This document shows positions 29,670-38,954 of a DNA stretch of 64,000 bases, piece by piece. The notes beneath the pieces are model-generated. The model was not told the origin of the DNA and ran no database searches. It saw nothing but the letters and a program-made list of their open reading frames with translations. Position numbers and translations under genes: made by a program. Source of the DNA: Bacteroidota bacterium (GTDB lineage Bacteria; Bacteroidota; Bacteroidia; Cytophagales; UBA9547); the NCBI GenBank assembly GCA_033763735.1, contig JANRJY010000081.1, positions 911 through 64,910 on the forward strand, read 5' to 3'. Every line of letters starts with the position of its first letter. Within the stretch, counting starts at the first letter, position 1.

Positions 29670-30028
29670 TTATTTGTCTGTATAATCTTCAAACTCCCAT
29701 TTTCCTATTCGTCCTAATGCAATTGTTAATTCATCCCAATTTTGGGCTTCTAAATTACTAACATAAGTGTTTATTTTTTCAATAATCCGAGGATAATCAT
29801 ACTCAAAAGTTATCAACAAATGTCTACCAAAAATCAAGTCGTTTTTTTTGTAAGTTTCAGATAACCATTTAGGCGTACAAAGTAAAAAATCAAAACTTTC
29901 TTCTCCTACAGAATTTTAGGGGATATAAATAATTGCAATAATATTCCAAAATTATCATGTTCTTTAGGTTTAAAATAAACCAAATCTAAGACATCAGGAC
30001 TTTGAATATACTTCAATACTGCTTTCAT
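29670..30028 (-). pseudogene. Frameshifted Imm8-family immunity protein
   Basis: Hand translation MKAVLKYIQSPDVLDLVYFKPKEHDNFGILLQLFISPK / NSVGEESFDFLLCTPKWLSETYKKNDLIFGRHLLITFEYDY...WDELTIALGRIGKWEFEDYTDK*; 359 nt, one base short, break at the run 29914-29917. Confidence 0.8.
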
Positions 30029-30142
30029 ATTCTTTCATATTTAACCATTTTGGTCTTATTTCAATTAAAAAGTAGACTAATTAAGACCTTCTTTTTTTAA
30101 CTAAATAGAAATAATTTTGGAATTCAAATGAAAACGCAGATT

Positions 30143-30835
30143 CTAATCCAACTCAAACTTATATCCTACGCCTTTAATGGTTTTGATGTATACTTCACCG
30201 ACACGTTCTCTTACCTTGCGGATGTGCACATCCACCGTACGTGAAAGCACATATACATCGGTACCCCATACTTTTTGGAGTAATTCATCTCGGTTAAAAA
30301 CCTTTCCTTGATGTGATGCCAGAAAATAAAGTAGTTCGAATTCCTTGCGAGGCAAAGTAATTTGTTGTGTACCTCTGCTTACCAAATAAGTATTTCTATC
30401 TATTTTTAAATCACCTACAAAAATTGTTGTTACTTTTTCTTCTTTCTTTTTTTTCTCTCTTTTAAGAATATTTGCAATTCGGCTAAGTAATGCTTTAGGT
30501 TTGATAGGCTTAGGAATAAAATCATCGGCACCGGCATCAAAGGCGGCTACTTCTGAGTATTCTTCATTACGGGCAGTCAAGAACAAAACATAAGTATTGA
30601 ACAACTCAGGCATTTCTTTAATTTTCTTGCAAGTTTGGATACCATCCATTACCGGCATCATGATATCAAGAATAATTAAATTTGGTAAAAAGTACTTGGC
30701 TTCTTCGAGTGCCTCTTTACCGTTGGAGGCAGTTTTGACTTCATATCCTTCTTTTTCGAGATTATATTCTAAAAGTTCAAGTATATCTTCTTCGTCATCT
30801 ACTATTAGAATTTTGAAGGCGTCTTTGTTTTTCAT
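30143..30835 (-). CDS. OmpR/PhoB-family response regulator
   Basis: VDDEED, LDIMMP, FLTAR, winged helix LPRKEFELL, RTVDVHIRKVR, TIKGVGYK. Confidence 0.95.
   Translation of the reverse strand: MKNKDAFKILIVDDEEDILELLEYNLEKEGYEVKTASNGKEALEEAKYFLPNLIILDIMMPVMDGIQTCKKIKEMPELFNTYVLFLTARNEEYSEVAAFDAGADDFIPKPIKPKALLSRIANILKREKKKKEEKVTTIFVGDLKIDRNTYLVSRGTQQITLPRKEFELLYFLASHQGKVFNRDELLQKVWGTDVYVLSRTVDVHIRKVRERVGEVYIKTIKGVGYKFELD
30144..30187. repeat. 44-bp direct repeat, right copy (current 3' end of the response regulator)
   Basis: taatccaactcaaacttatatcCtacgcctttaatggttttgat. Confidence 0.95.
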
Positions 30836-31004
30836 AATGCAAATTTAATGTCCGTCATCGCTCACCTTTCTCAACTTACTTACGTACAGAAAAAACAAAA
30901 ATTAATTTGTTTTGAGGGATTAATGAACCAACAATTGCACAATTTAGACTAAAGAATGTCAAATTTGCAACCCTTAAAAGTAGAACAAGGTGTTTTTTTG
31001 ATAT

Positions 31005-32309
31005 TTATGGCATTAATTCAGCCAATTTTCTTTCCAAACTTGGTCCGCGAAGGTTTTTAGCAATAATAATTCCATTTTTATCAATTAAAAATGTGGCAGG
31101 AATTCCTCTCACTGCATACAACGCAGCACCTTCAGATTGCCAACCTTTCAGGTCCGAAACATGATTAGGCCATGTCAAACCATCACTTTGTATTGCAGCA
31201 AGCCATTTTTCTTTTGTATTATCCAATGACACGCTATATATAGTAAATCCTTTATCTTTATATTGATTATACACCCTTACGACATTGGGGTTTTCCATTC
31301 GGCAAGGTCCACACCACGAAGCCCAAAAATCTATCAACACATATTTTCCTTTCAAAGATGAAAGTGGGAGCTTTTTTCCATCGGCTCCAGCAAGTATTAT
31401 GTCAGGTGCTTCATCACCTTCTTTGGGTTCTCCCTTAGGAAGTGAAGCCAAAAATTCTTTTGAACGAACACTATTTCCAAACTCTTTTTTATAGTTAGTA
31501 AGAAAATTTTTTGATGGTTCAATGCCATTTTGTAATAAAAGAGAAGTGATATTCAAATAAGCAAGTTCTCTGTTTCTGGTTTTTTCTCTAAAGTTTTTAA
31601 TTACATAATCGGCTTCCAATTTCCATAGCTCCGGATTTTGCTCAGCATATTTTTGAAAATACATGGCAATTTTATTGTTGAGCATATCCCCTCTTGTATA
31701 TTCTGCACTTGAAAGTTCAGCTTCAGTGAAAAAATCGTCTTTCATAATACTTGGGTCAATGGCAAACATCATCATGATTTTACCAAAAAACAAGCCTGCA
31801 TTTTTATTAATTGCTTCATTTCTCATTTGGGTACCTGCCATATTTACTGAATCAAACTTTAGCTTTATTTTGTTTAATCCTTCGGCATTTTGAGGTTCAG
31901 CTGCTTGTAAAGTTCTGTATTCACCGTCAATTGCTGTTAGAGCTGCATTTGTTGCTAACATCGATCGGAACATTTTATTTTCAAGTGAATTAGAAATAGT
32001 TACTTCTTTCATATTTTTCCAATTACCTTCGACAAAAGGTTGTTCTTTGGAAAGTATTATAATAAAGGAGTTAGTTTTGTCGGTTCCAACCTGATAAAAA
32101 CCTTCAGCTATTGGGCTTGCAGGTGCATACGAAAACAATCCATTTTTAGCAATTGTAGAATCTTTCAGGTAATACTGACTACCAAAGTATTCATAAATAT
32201 ACACTTTAGCAGTCGCAGGAGCATTTGTAAATTTGCCTTTTAATGCTACATTTTGTGACATTGAATTTAAATACATGCACAATAAGCCAATAATAAGAGC
32301 GTGTTTCAT
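31005..32309 (-). CDS. Exported TlpA/ResA-family thiol-disulfide oxidoreductase
   Basis: Signal peptide; C-terminal DFWASWCGPC, VSLD, GIPATFLID. Confidence 0.92.
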   Translation of the reverse strand: MKHALIIGLLCMYLNSMSQNVALKGKFTNAPATAKVYIYEYFGSQYYLKDSTIAKNGLFSYAPASPIAEGFYQVGTDKTNSFIIILSKEQPFVEGNWKNMKEVTISNSLENKMFRSMLATNAALTAIDGEYRTLQAAEPQNAEGLNKIKLKFDSVNMAGTQMRNEAINKNAGLFFGKIMMMFAIDPSIMKDDFFTEAELSSAEYTRGDMLNNKIAMYFQKYAEQNPELWKLEADYVIKNFREKTRNRELAYLNITSLLLQNGIEPSKNFLTNYKKEFGNSVRSKEFLASLPKGEPKEGDEAPDIILAGADGKKLPLSSLKGKYVLIDFWASWCGPCRMENPNVVRVYNQYKDKGFTIYSVSLDNTKEKWLAAIQSDGLTWPNHVSDLKGWQSEGAALYAVRGIPATFLIDKNGIIIAKNLRGPSLERKLAELMP

Positions 32310-32512
32310 TAGAAATATTTATTTTGAATTATAACAACTATAGTTAATTAAAAGTGCCATTCTCAATCGAGTTCATACATTTTATGCAAATATCGACATT
32401 CTATGAAAAGAATTCTATTTTTTTAAATCCTTTATTCAGAACGTTTTCATAAAAATATTATTTTCAAAAACTTAACATAAAATCAGATTAGTATTCAAAT
32501 TATCAAAAGTGC

Positions 32513-32543
32513 TTTGGGGTAACCCAAAAAAATACTACCTTTG
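32513..32543 (+). promoter_or_regulatory. Bacteroidota sigma70-type promoter of tatA-gatA
   Basis: TTTG (32513-32516), 19-bp spacer, TACCTTTG (32536-32543). Confidence 0.75.
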
Positions 32544-32562
32544 CGCTTTAATTTAATATATT

Positions 32563-32799
32563 ATGACTGTACTAACTTTGTTGTTTTTGGGCGGAATTGG
32601 AGCCACTGAAGCTATTTTGATATTCTGTGCCATTGTATTTTTATTCGGAGCTAAAAAAATACCTGAACTTGCTCGTGGGTTAGGCAAAGGTATCCGTGAA
32701 TTTAAAGATGCCACAAAAGAGATTAAAGATAATATTGAAGAAGGAATTAAAACTTCTGATACTAACCAAACAAGCAATCAACCAGCAAAACAAGCGTGA
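32563..32799 (+). CDS. tatA: Twin-arginine translocase TatA/TatE
   Basis: TM helix then [22 protein letters not shown]. Confidence 0.95.
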   Translation: MTVLTLLFLGGIGATEAILIFCAIVFLFGAKKIPELARGLGKGIREFKDATKEIKDNIEEGIKTSDTNQTSNQPAKQA

Positions 32800-34217
32800 C
32801 AAAGTATCGCTCACTCGCGCAAATCAGCACTGAAATTAGTGCCGGTAAGTTATCGTGCGAAATTCTTGTAAGTCAATATTTAAAAACCATCCAAGCTAAA
32901 AACACCTCCCTAAATGTGTTTTTGGACGTGTATGGTGATGAGGCTTTAGCAAGAGCAAAAGAAATAGATCAAAAAATAAAGTCGGGAACTGCAGGCAAGC
33001 TTGCCGGAATGGTTGTAGGGATTAAAGATGTATTATCTTATCAAAATCACGGTTTGCAAGCTGCTTCCAAAATTTTGGACAAATTTGTGGCTCAATATAA
33101 TGCTACCGCAGTACAAAGATTGATTGATGCAGATGCGATTATTATTGGTCGACAAAACTGTGATGAATTTGCAATGGGTTCATCAAACGAAAAATCAGCG
33201 TTTGGGCCAGTAAAAAACGAAATTGGCGAAAACAGAGTTCCCGGAGGATCTTCCGGAGGTTCCGCAGTGGCTGTACAAGCAGACATGTGTTTGGTGTCCT
33301 TAGGCTCTGATACGGGAGGTTCGGTTCGTCAACCAGCTTCATTCTGTGGCATAATTGGTTTAAAGCCAACCTATTCCAGAATATCTCGTTGGGGACTTAT
33401 TGCATATGCCTCATCTTTTGATTGTATTGGTATATTTGGACATAGTGTAGAAGATGTTGCACTGGTACTTGAAGTGATAGCAGGAGCGGATGAAAAAGAT
33501 AGTACGGTAAGTCAAAAACCTGTGCCTAACTATGTTTCCAATCTTAAAGAAAATAAAAAGTATAAAATTGCTTACTTAGAAGAAGGGATAACCAATGAAA
33601 GTGTACAGTTAGACACCAGAAATGCTGTCAAAGCAGAATTAGAAAAAATAAAAAGCCTTGGACACAGCATACATCCGGTGCACTTACCATTGCTAAAATA
33701 TTCAGTGCCATCATATTATATCCTTACAACTGCAGAAGCAAGTTCCAATTTGTCGCGTTATGATGGAGTTAAGTTTGGGATGAGAAGTGCTGCAACAACA
33801 GATTTAATGTCGATGTACAAAAAAACTAGGGCTGAAGGATTTGGCAAAGAGGTAAAAAAACGAATTATGCTGGGTTCATTTGTACTAAGTGCCAGTTATT
33901 ATGATGCTTATTACACCAAAGCACAAAAAATAAGAAGATTAATCAAAAATGAATTTGATGAAATTTTCAAAAATCATGATTTGTTGGTAATGCCTACAAG
34001 TCCGATAACAGCATTTAAAATTGGTGAATTAACGAACGACCCGATGGCCATGTATTTGGCTGATATATTTACGGTTTCAGCAAATATCATCGGTGCTCCG
34101 GGTATTTCCATACCTATTGGAAAAGATTCAGAAGGTTTGCCAATTGGACTACAAATTATGGCACCTGATTTCAAAGAAGAAGAATTACTTAAATTTTCTT
34201 ATCAACTTTCTGAATAA
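32796..34217 (+). CDS. gatA: Glu/Asp-tRNA amidotransferase subunit A
   Basis: [42 protein letters not shown]. Confidence 0.97.
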   Translation: MTKYRSLAQISTEISAGKLSCEILVSQYLKTIQAKNTSLNVFLDVYGDEALARAKEIDQKIKSGTAGKLAGMVVGIKDVLSYQNHGLQAASKILDKFVAQYNATAVQRLIDADAIIIGRQNCDEFAMGSSNEKSAFGPVKNEIGENRVPGGSSGGSAVAVQADMCLVSLGSDTGGSVRQPASFCGIIGLKPTYSRISRWGLIAYASSFDCIGIFGHSVEDVALVLEVIAGADEKDSTVSQKPVPNYVSNLKENKKYKIAYLEEGITNESVQLDTRNAVKAELEKIKSLGHSIHPVHLPLLKYSVPSYYILTTAEASSNLSRYDGVKFGMRSAATTDLMSMYKKTRAEGFGKEVKKRIMLGSFVLSASYYDAYYTKAQKIRRLIKNEFDEIFKNHDLLVMPTSPITAFKIGELTNDPMAMYLADIFTVSANIIGAPGISIPIGKDSEGLPIGLQIMAPDFKEEELLKFSYQLSE

Positions 34218-34259
34218 TTTACGTATATTGTATATGTATTATTATATTCTATTACTAAA

Positions 34260-35654
34260 ATGAAAATCAATATTGCTTTAGTGATATTTATTGTCATTTT
34301 TTGTTGGTTTAACCCTTCATTTGCACAAGATTTTGAATCGGACGATAGTCCAATGCAGATGATTCCTGTTGATAAAATTCCCGAACCGGCCCCTCTATTT
34401 ATTGAAGATAATGTTGAAGCGCCTCACAAGGATTCCGTACAAGCCAGGTTAAAGAAAATTGAAAAAACTATTCCTCTGTCTTTCAATCAAACTATTTATT
34501 CTTTTATTCATTATTTCACAGTAAGAAATAGAGAATATTCAAGAATGGTACTTCGTAGAAAGGATGCCTATTTTCCTATTTTTGAAAAGATACTAAAGGA
34601 AAATAATATGCCCGATGAACTTAAGTATTTATCAATTGTTGAGTCAGGCTTAAATCCGCGTGCAAAATCAAGAGCTGGGGCTGTAGGTTTGTGGCAGTTT
34701 GTATCAAATACCGGAAAATATTATAAACTTAACATTGATTGGTATTTTGATGAAAGATCAGATCCGGAGAAATCAACTAAAGCTGCTTGTGAATATTTGC
34801 GTTATTTGCATGATATGTTTGGCAATTGGGAATTAGCCTTAGCTGCATACAATTGTGGTCCCGGAAATGTACGTAAAGCAATTAAAGCCTCTAGAAACAA
34901 AAGAGATTTTTGGGAAATTTATTATAATCTCCCTCGCGAAACCAGAAGCTATGTACCTCAGTTTATTGCCATTAGCTATTTGATGAATTATAGCAATGAG
35001 CATAATTTATTTGCTGATTATTATGAAAGCATACATAATACACACACTATTTATGCAGATCAATATATCAACTTGGATCAATTAGCTAAGCAATTGGATA
35101 TATGTCCTGAAGATTTGCAAAAACTTAATCCGACCTTGATCAGAAACAGAGTGCCCGCTTATGCGGTGAACTTTCCTGTAAAAATTCCTGCTGAAAAAGT
35201 TCACATTTTGATGAGCAACTATTGTGCAATTATGGATTCATGTTCTAAAATGGGAAGCGAGGAACTAATAGAAAGTATAAATCCATTTTCAGAGCGTTCG
35301 AAATATCGAAATTCGGTAACACACATTGTGAAAAAGGGAGAAGTATTAGGCGCAATTGCGCGTAAATACAAAGTTACAAGCACTGAAATAATGGCGTGGA
35401 ACAATTTGAAATCCAAAACATTAAAATATGGTCAGAAACTGACAGTATGGAGAGATGGGGTTCAGCAAAATACGGACAAAGTTGATACTCAAATTGCTTT
35501 TAAACCAGGCAAAAAAAATGTGTATAAAGTACAGCCAGGTGACACCCTATGGAGCATTTGTCAAAAAATGGATGTGCCGGTATCGAAGCTTAAAAAACTA
35601 AATAAACTAAAATCTAATGAGCTTAAAGCTGGTATGAAATTAATAATCAGCTAA
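34260..35654 (+). CDS. mltD: Lytic murein transglycosylase with two LysM domains (MltD-like)
   Basis: IVESG, AVGLWQF, LAAYNCG, LPRETRSYVP; LysM HIVKKGE and YKVQPGDTL. Confidence 0.92.
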   Translation: MKINIALVIFIVIFCWFNPSFAQDFESDDSPMQMIPVDKIPEPAPLFIEDNVEAPHKDSVQARLKKIEKTIPLSFNQTIYSFIHYFTVRNREYSRMVLRRKDAYFPIFEKILKENNMPDELKYLSIVESGLNPRAKSRAGAVGLWQFVSNTGKYYKLNIDWYFDERSDPEKSTKAACEYLRYLHDMFGNWELALAAYNCGPGNVRKAIKASRNKRDFWEIYYNLPRETRSYVPQFIAISYLMNYSNEHNLFADYYESIHNTHTIYADQYINLDQLAKQLDICPEDLQKLNPTLIRNRVPAYAVNFPVKIPAEKVHILMSNYCAIMDSCSKMGSEELIESINPFSERSKYRNSVTHIVKKGEVLGAIARKYKVTSTEIMAWNNLKSKTLKYGQKLTVWRDGVQQNTDKVDTQIAFKPGKKNVYKVQPGDTLWSICQKMDVPVSKLKKLNKLKSNELKAGMKLIIS

Positions 35655-35690
35655 TATATTTTTTAGTGATTTACTCACCCTATTTAATTT

Positions 35691-36971
35691 ATGAATGTTT
35701 TAATTATTGGTTCCGGAGGCAGAGAAAGTGCTTTTGGATGGAAAATTTCACAAAGTAAGTTATTAAGCCAATTATTCATTGCTCCCGGGAATCCCGGAAC
35801 TAAAGCATATGGCACTAATGTACCCATTTCGATTACTGATTTTGAAGCGTTGGGTAAGTTTTGTATTCAAAATTTTATTGAAATTGTAGTTGTAGGGCCG
35901 GAATTACCACTTGTTGAGGGGATTTATGATTATTTTGAAAACAATTCTTCTCTAAGGCAAATAAGTGTAATTGGTCCCTCCAAATTGGGAGCACAATTAG
36001 AAGGTTCCAAAGATTTTTCGAAAGCATTTATGATTAAGTATGGTATTCCTACTGCTTCTTATGAAACTTTTACAGAAGATAACTTAAAAGAAGGCATTGA
36101 ATATTTGACCAAATTGAAACCACCATATGTCCTAAAAGCTGATGGATTGGCTGCAGGAAAAGGAGTTATTATTACCGAAAAATTGGAAGAGGCCCAATCT
36201 GTTTTAAATCAAATGATTGTAAACAAATCTTTTGGAGAAGCCAGTGCAAAAGTTGTTATAGAGGAATATTTGAATGGAATTGAGGTATCTGTTTTTGTAT
36301 TGACCGATGGCAAAAATTATCTGATTTTACCTGAAGCAAAGGACTATAAACGTATTGGTGAAGGGGATACCGGACCTAATACGGGTGGAATGGGTGCCGT
36401 GTCACCTGTATATTTTGCAGACGAAAAATTCATGCAAAAAGTTGAAAATGAAATAATTAAACCGACAATTGAAGGATTAAAAAAAGAAAATATCAATTAC
36501 AAAGGATTCATTTTTATTGGTTTAATGAATGTAAAGGGCAATCCCAAAGTAATTGAATACAATTGCCGTATGGGTGACCCGGAGACAGAAGTAGTTCTGC
36601 CAAGAATAAAGTCAGACTTACTTGAAATTTTGTCAAAGGTTAAAAATCAGTTATTGAATAATTGTAGACTTGAAGTTGAAAAGCATGTTGCAACAACGGT
36701 AATGTGTGTGGCAGGAGGATATCCTGATGAGTACAAAAAAGGAGATGTAATCAGTGGAATAGATAAAGTAAAAGATGCCATTCTTTTTCATGCCGGAACT
36801 TCTGAAAATGCAGAAAATAAAGTGGTTACAAACGGAGGAAGGGTAATGGCTCTCACAGGCATAGGATCCACAATTGAGGAAGCACTGAAAAAATCAATTG
36901 CTGCAGCAAATACAATTCAGTGGAGAGATAAATATTTCCGGAAAGATATTGGAAAGGACTTGATGAGTTAA
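35691..36971 (+). CDS. purD: Phosphoribosylamine-glycine ligase
   Basis: GSGGRE, LEGSKDF, KADGLAAGKGV, GPNTGGMG, EYNCRMGDPE. Confidence 0.98.
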   Translation: MNVLIIGSGGRESAFGWKISQSKLLSQLFIAPGNPGTKAYGTNVPISITDFEALGKFCIQNFIEIVVVGPELPLVEGIYDYFENNSSLRQISVIGPSKLGAQLEGSKDFSKAFMIKYGIPTASYETFTEDNLKEGIEYLTKLKPPYVLKADGLAAGKGVIITEKLEEAQSVLNQMIVNKSFGEASAKVVIEEYLNGIEVSVFVLTDGKNYLILPEAKDYKRIGEGDTGPNTGGMGAVSPVYFADEKFMQKVENEIIKPTIEGLKKENINYKGFIFIGLMNVKGNPKVIEYNCRMGDPETEVVLPRIKSDLLEILSKVKNQLLNNCRLEVEKHVATTVMCVAGGYPDEYKKGDVISGIDKVKDAILFHAGTSENAENKVVTNGGRVMALTGIGSTIEEALKKSIAAANTIQWRDKYFRKDIGKDLMS

Positions 36972-38926
36972 CCTTTTGGTATTTCTATTTTGAATATGCT
37001 TCCTTTGTGCTCTTCACTTTCAAATGTGATTTTTGCATTTATTTTTTCGCAAGCTATTTTGCAAATATATAACCCAACACCTGTTCCTTTGCTTTGAACA
37101 GATCCGCGATAATAAATATTAAATATATTTTCTTTTATGTTTTCATTCATTCCAATACCATTATCGGCAAAATAAATTATATTTTGATTATGAGTTTCCT
37201 CAAAATATATATGCAAAAATGAATGCTCTTTTGTAGAATCAGAAAAATCAAAAGCATTTTGAATAATAATATTCATAATCTCATTAATTATGTATCGATC
37301 GGTAAAAATGTAAACACCCTTGGGAATACTTATTTCAATATTCATCTTTTCAATTGGTGAGCTATGATACATAATTACTTTGTTGATTTGTTCTTCCAGA
37401 TTATTAATTTCATATTTTACAGGCCATTTATCTATTGTAAGTATTTTGTTAACATCTGTAAATATATTTTCAAGACTCTGAGAAGCATTTTCTATCATTC
37501 TGAAATACTCCCTTACTTGTTCGGATTTGTCAGTTTTTCCAATCGAAACCAGTCCTTTAATAGTAGCAACCGGGCCTCTGATATAATGTGAAATGGCAAA
37601 CACGAATGAATCTAATTGTTTGTTTTTCTCCTCGAGTTGAAATGAACGTTGGCTTATCTGCCTACCCAAATCTTTATTTAATTCGTCCTTAAGTTGTTGA
37701 TTTACTTCAAGTTGTTCCAAATAATTATTTAAAGCATCTTGTTTTTCAATTGATATAACTCTAATTTTTTGCCATGAATGAAAGAATATGAGCAAAACAG
37801 GAATAAAAAATATGTATTGTGCCAAGGAAGGTTGATTGAAATTGGAAGGAATGAATGTATATAAGCCATTATCCATGCCTATTTTGAAAATATATCCTAA
37901 CCAAACTAATGATATCGCTATTAACTCAATTCGGTATTTTCGATGCTGATATAAAACTAAAAACGCGAAAACAACAACAGGAGCAATAAAAAATTGCTCC
38001 ACAAAACTATTCATCAATAATTTATTTTGAAATATTAAAGTCGCAACCAAGTAAATGATTCTTGCATAAATAATTAGATGGATAAATAGTATGCCATTTT
38101 TTGACAATAAATTTTTTTCCATTAAAACAGATTTAACATAAAGAATAAAAAATACAACAGAACCAAAGTACAACAAATGAAAAATGAGATAATGAACAAT
38201 ATCAGCACTCGAAAAAAAGTAGGATAAAAACAGATAAGTGGTCTTATAATAAACATGATAAGTAAAAAATGAAAAAACAAATATTAACCAAACATTAAGC
38301 TGGATAAAGGACGTTTCTTTAGTAATATAAATCATTAAAACGCAAACAAAAATCAAGAAAATGTAGAGTCCAATTACTACACCTCGCTGAATAAAATTAG
38401 GAAACTCATTATTAAAATGTTTGAGTATTGGCGTTATAATAAGCATTTCATCACCTTTTCTATAAATGCTTTCAATTCGAACGTAATAAGTAACCGGCAG
38501 TTTGCTGATTGAAATAATTCCAACTTGATCGAGATATTTAGAAAAATTTAAACTCGTTTTTTTACTTTTTGATGTTTCAATTAGTTTGTTTTTAATGGGG
38601 TCAAAAAAATATATATCTATTTCATTAATGTTGTTTGGAGTTATGATTATATAATCATTTTGTTCAAAATTTTCTATATCAAACTTGATCCAATATACTT
38701 TTGAAAAATTTTGTGATTCGATGTCTTCAGCTGGTACAAAGGCATTAGGTTCAAGGCTTATAATATCTTCGTAAGTTAATAACCCTTCTTTATCTAAAAA
38801 AACATCAATATTTTTTACCTTTATTATTAAATCTTCGTTTTTTTCTAATAGGAAATTTTTGTGTGCAAACGATTGCATTGATAATAAACACCCAAAAGAA
38901 AACAAAAAACAAAATCGAATCATCAA
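36968..38926 (-). CDS. 7TM-DISM sensor histidine kinase
   Basis: DISMED2-like YWIKF...TYYVRIES, seven hydrophobic helices, H-box SHYIRGP, DNGIG, GTGVGL. Confidence 0.85.
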   Translation of the reverse strand: MMIRFCFLFSFGCLLSMQSFAHKNFLLEKNEDLIIKVKNIDVFLDKEGLLTYEDIISLEPNAFVPAEDIESQNFSKVYWIKFDIENFEQNDYIIITPNNINEIDIYFFDPIKNKLIETSKSKKTSLNFSKYLDQVGIISISKLPVTYYVRIESIYRKGDEMLIITPILKHFNNEFPNFIQRGVVIGLYIFLIFVCVLMIYITKETSFIQLNVWLIFVFSFFTYHVYYKTTYLFLSYFFSSADIVHYLIFHLLYFGSVVFFILYVKSVLMEKNLLSKNGILFIHLIIYARIIYLVATLIFQNKLLMNSFVEQFFIAPVVVFAFLVLYQHRKYRIELIAISLVWLGYIFKIGMDNGLYTFIPSNFNQPSLAQYIFFIPVLLIFFHSWQKIRVISIEKQDALNNYLEQLEVNQQLKDELNKDLGRQISQRSFQLEEKNKQLDSFVFAISHYIRGPVATIKGLVSIGKTDKSEQVREYFRMIENASQSLENIFTDVNKILTIDKWPVKYEINNLEEQINKVIMYHSSPIEKMNIEISIPKGVYIFTDRYIINEIMNIIIQNAFDFSDSTKEHSFLHIYFEETHNQNIIYFADNGIGMNENIKENIFNIYYRGSVQSKGTGVGLYICKIACEKINAKITFESEEHKGSIFKIEIPKG

Positions 38927-38954
38927 CTAATAATTGATAGTAAAAATAGGGAAT

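Noticed and set aside
29574-30142. Imm8 as an integron cassette; imperfect inverted repeat GGTCTTA...TAAGACC (30052-30088) and 10-bp duplication ctttcatatt (30022-30041)
   Set aside because: No RYYYAAC...GTTRRRY attC box pair found; the short repeats could be chance
32563-35654. gatA without gatB/gatC and tatA without tatC; also trpD alone and trmD separated from rimM
   Set aside because: Dispersed pathway genes are ordinary in Bacteroidota
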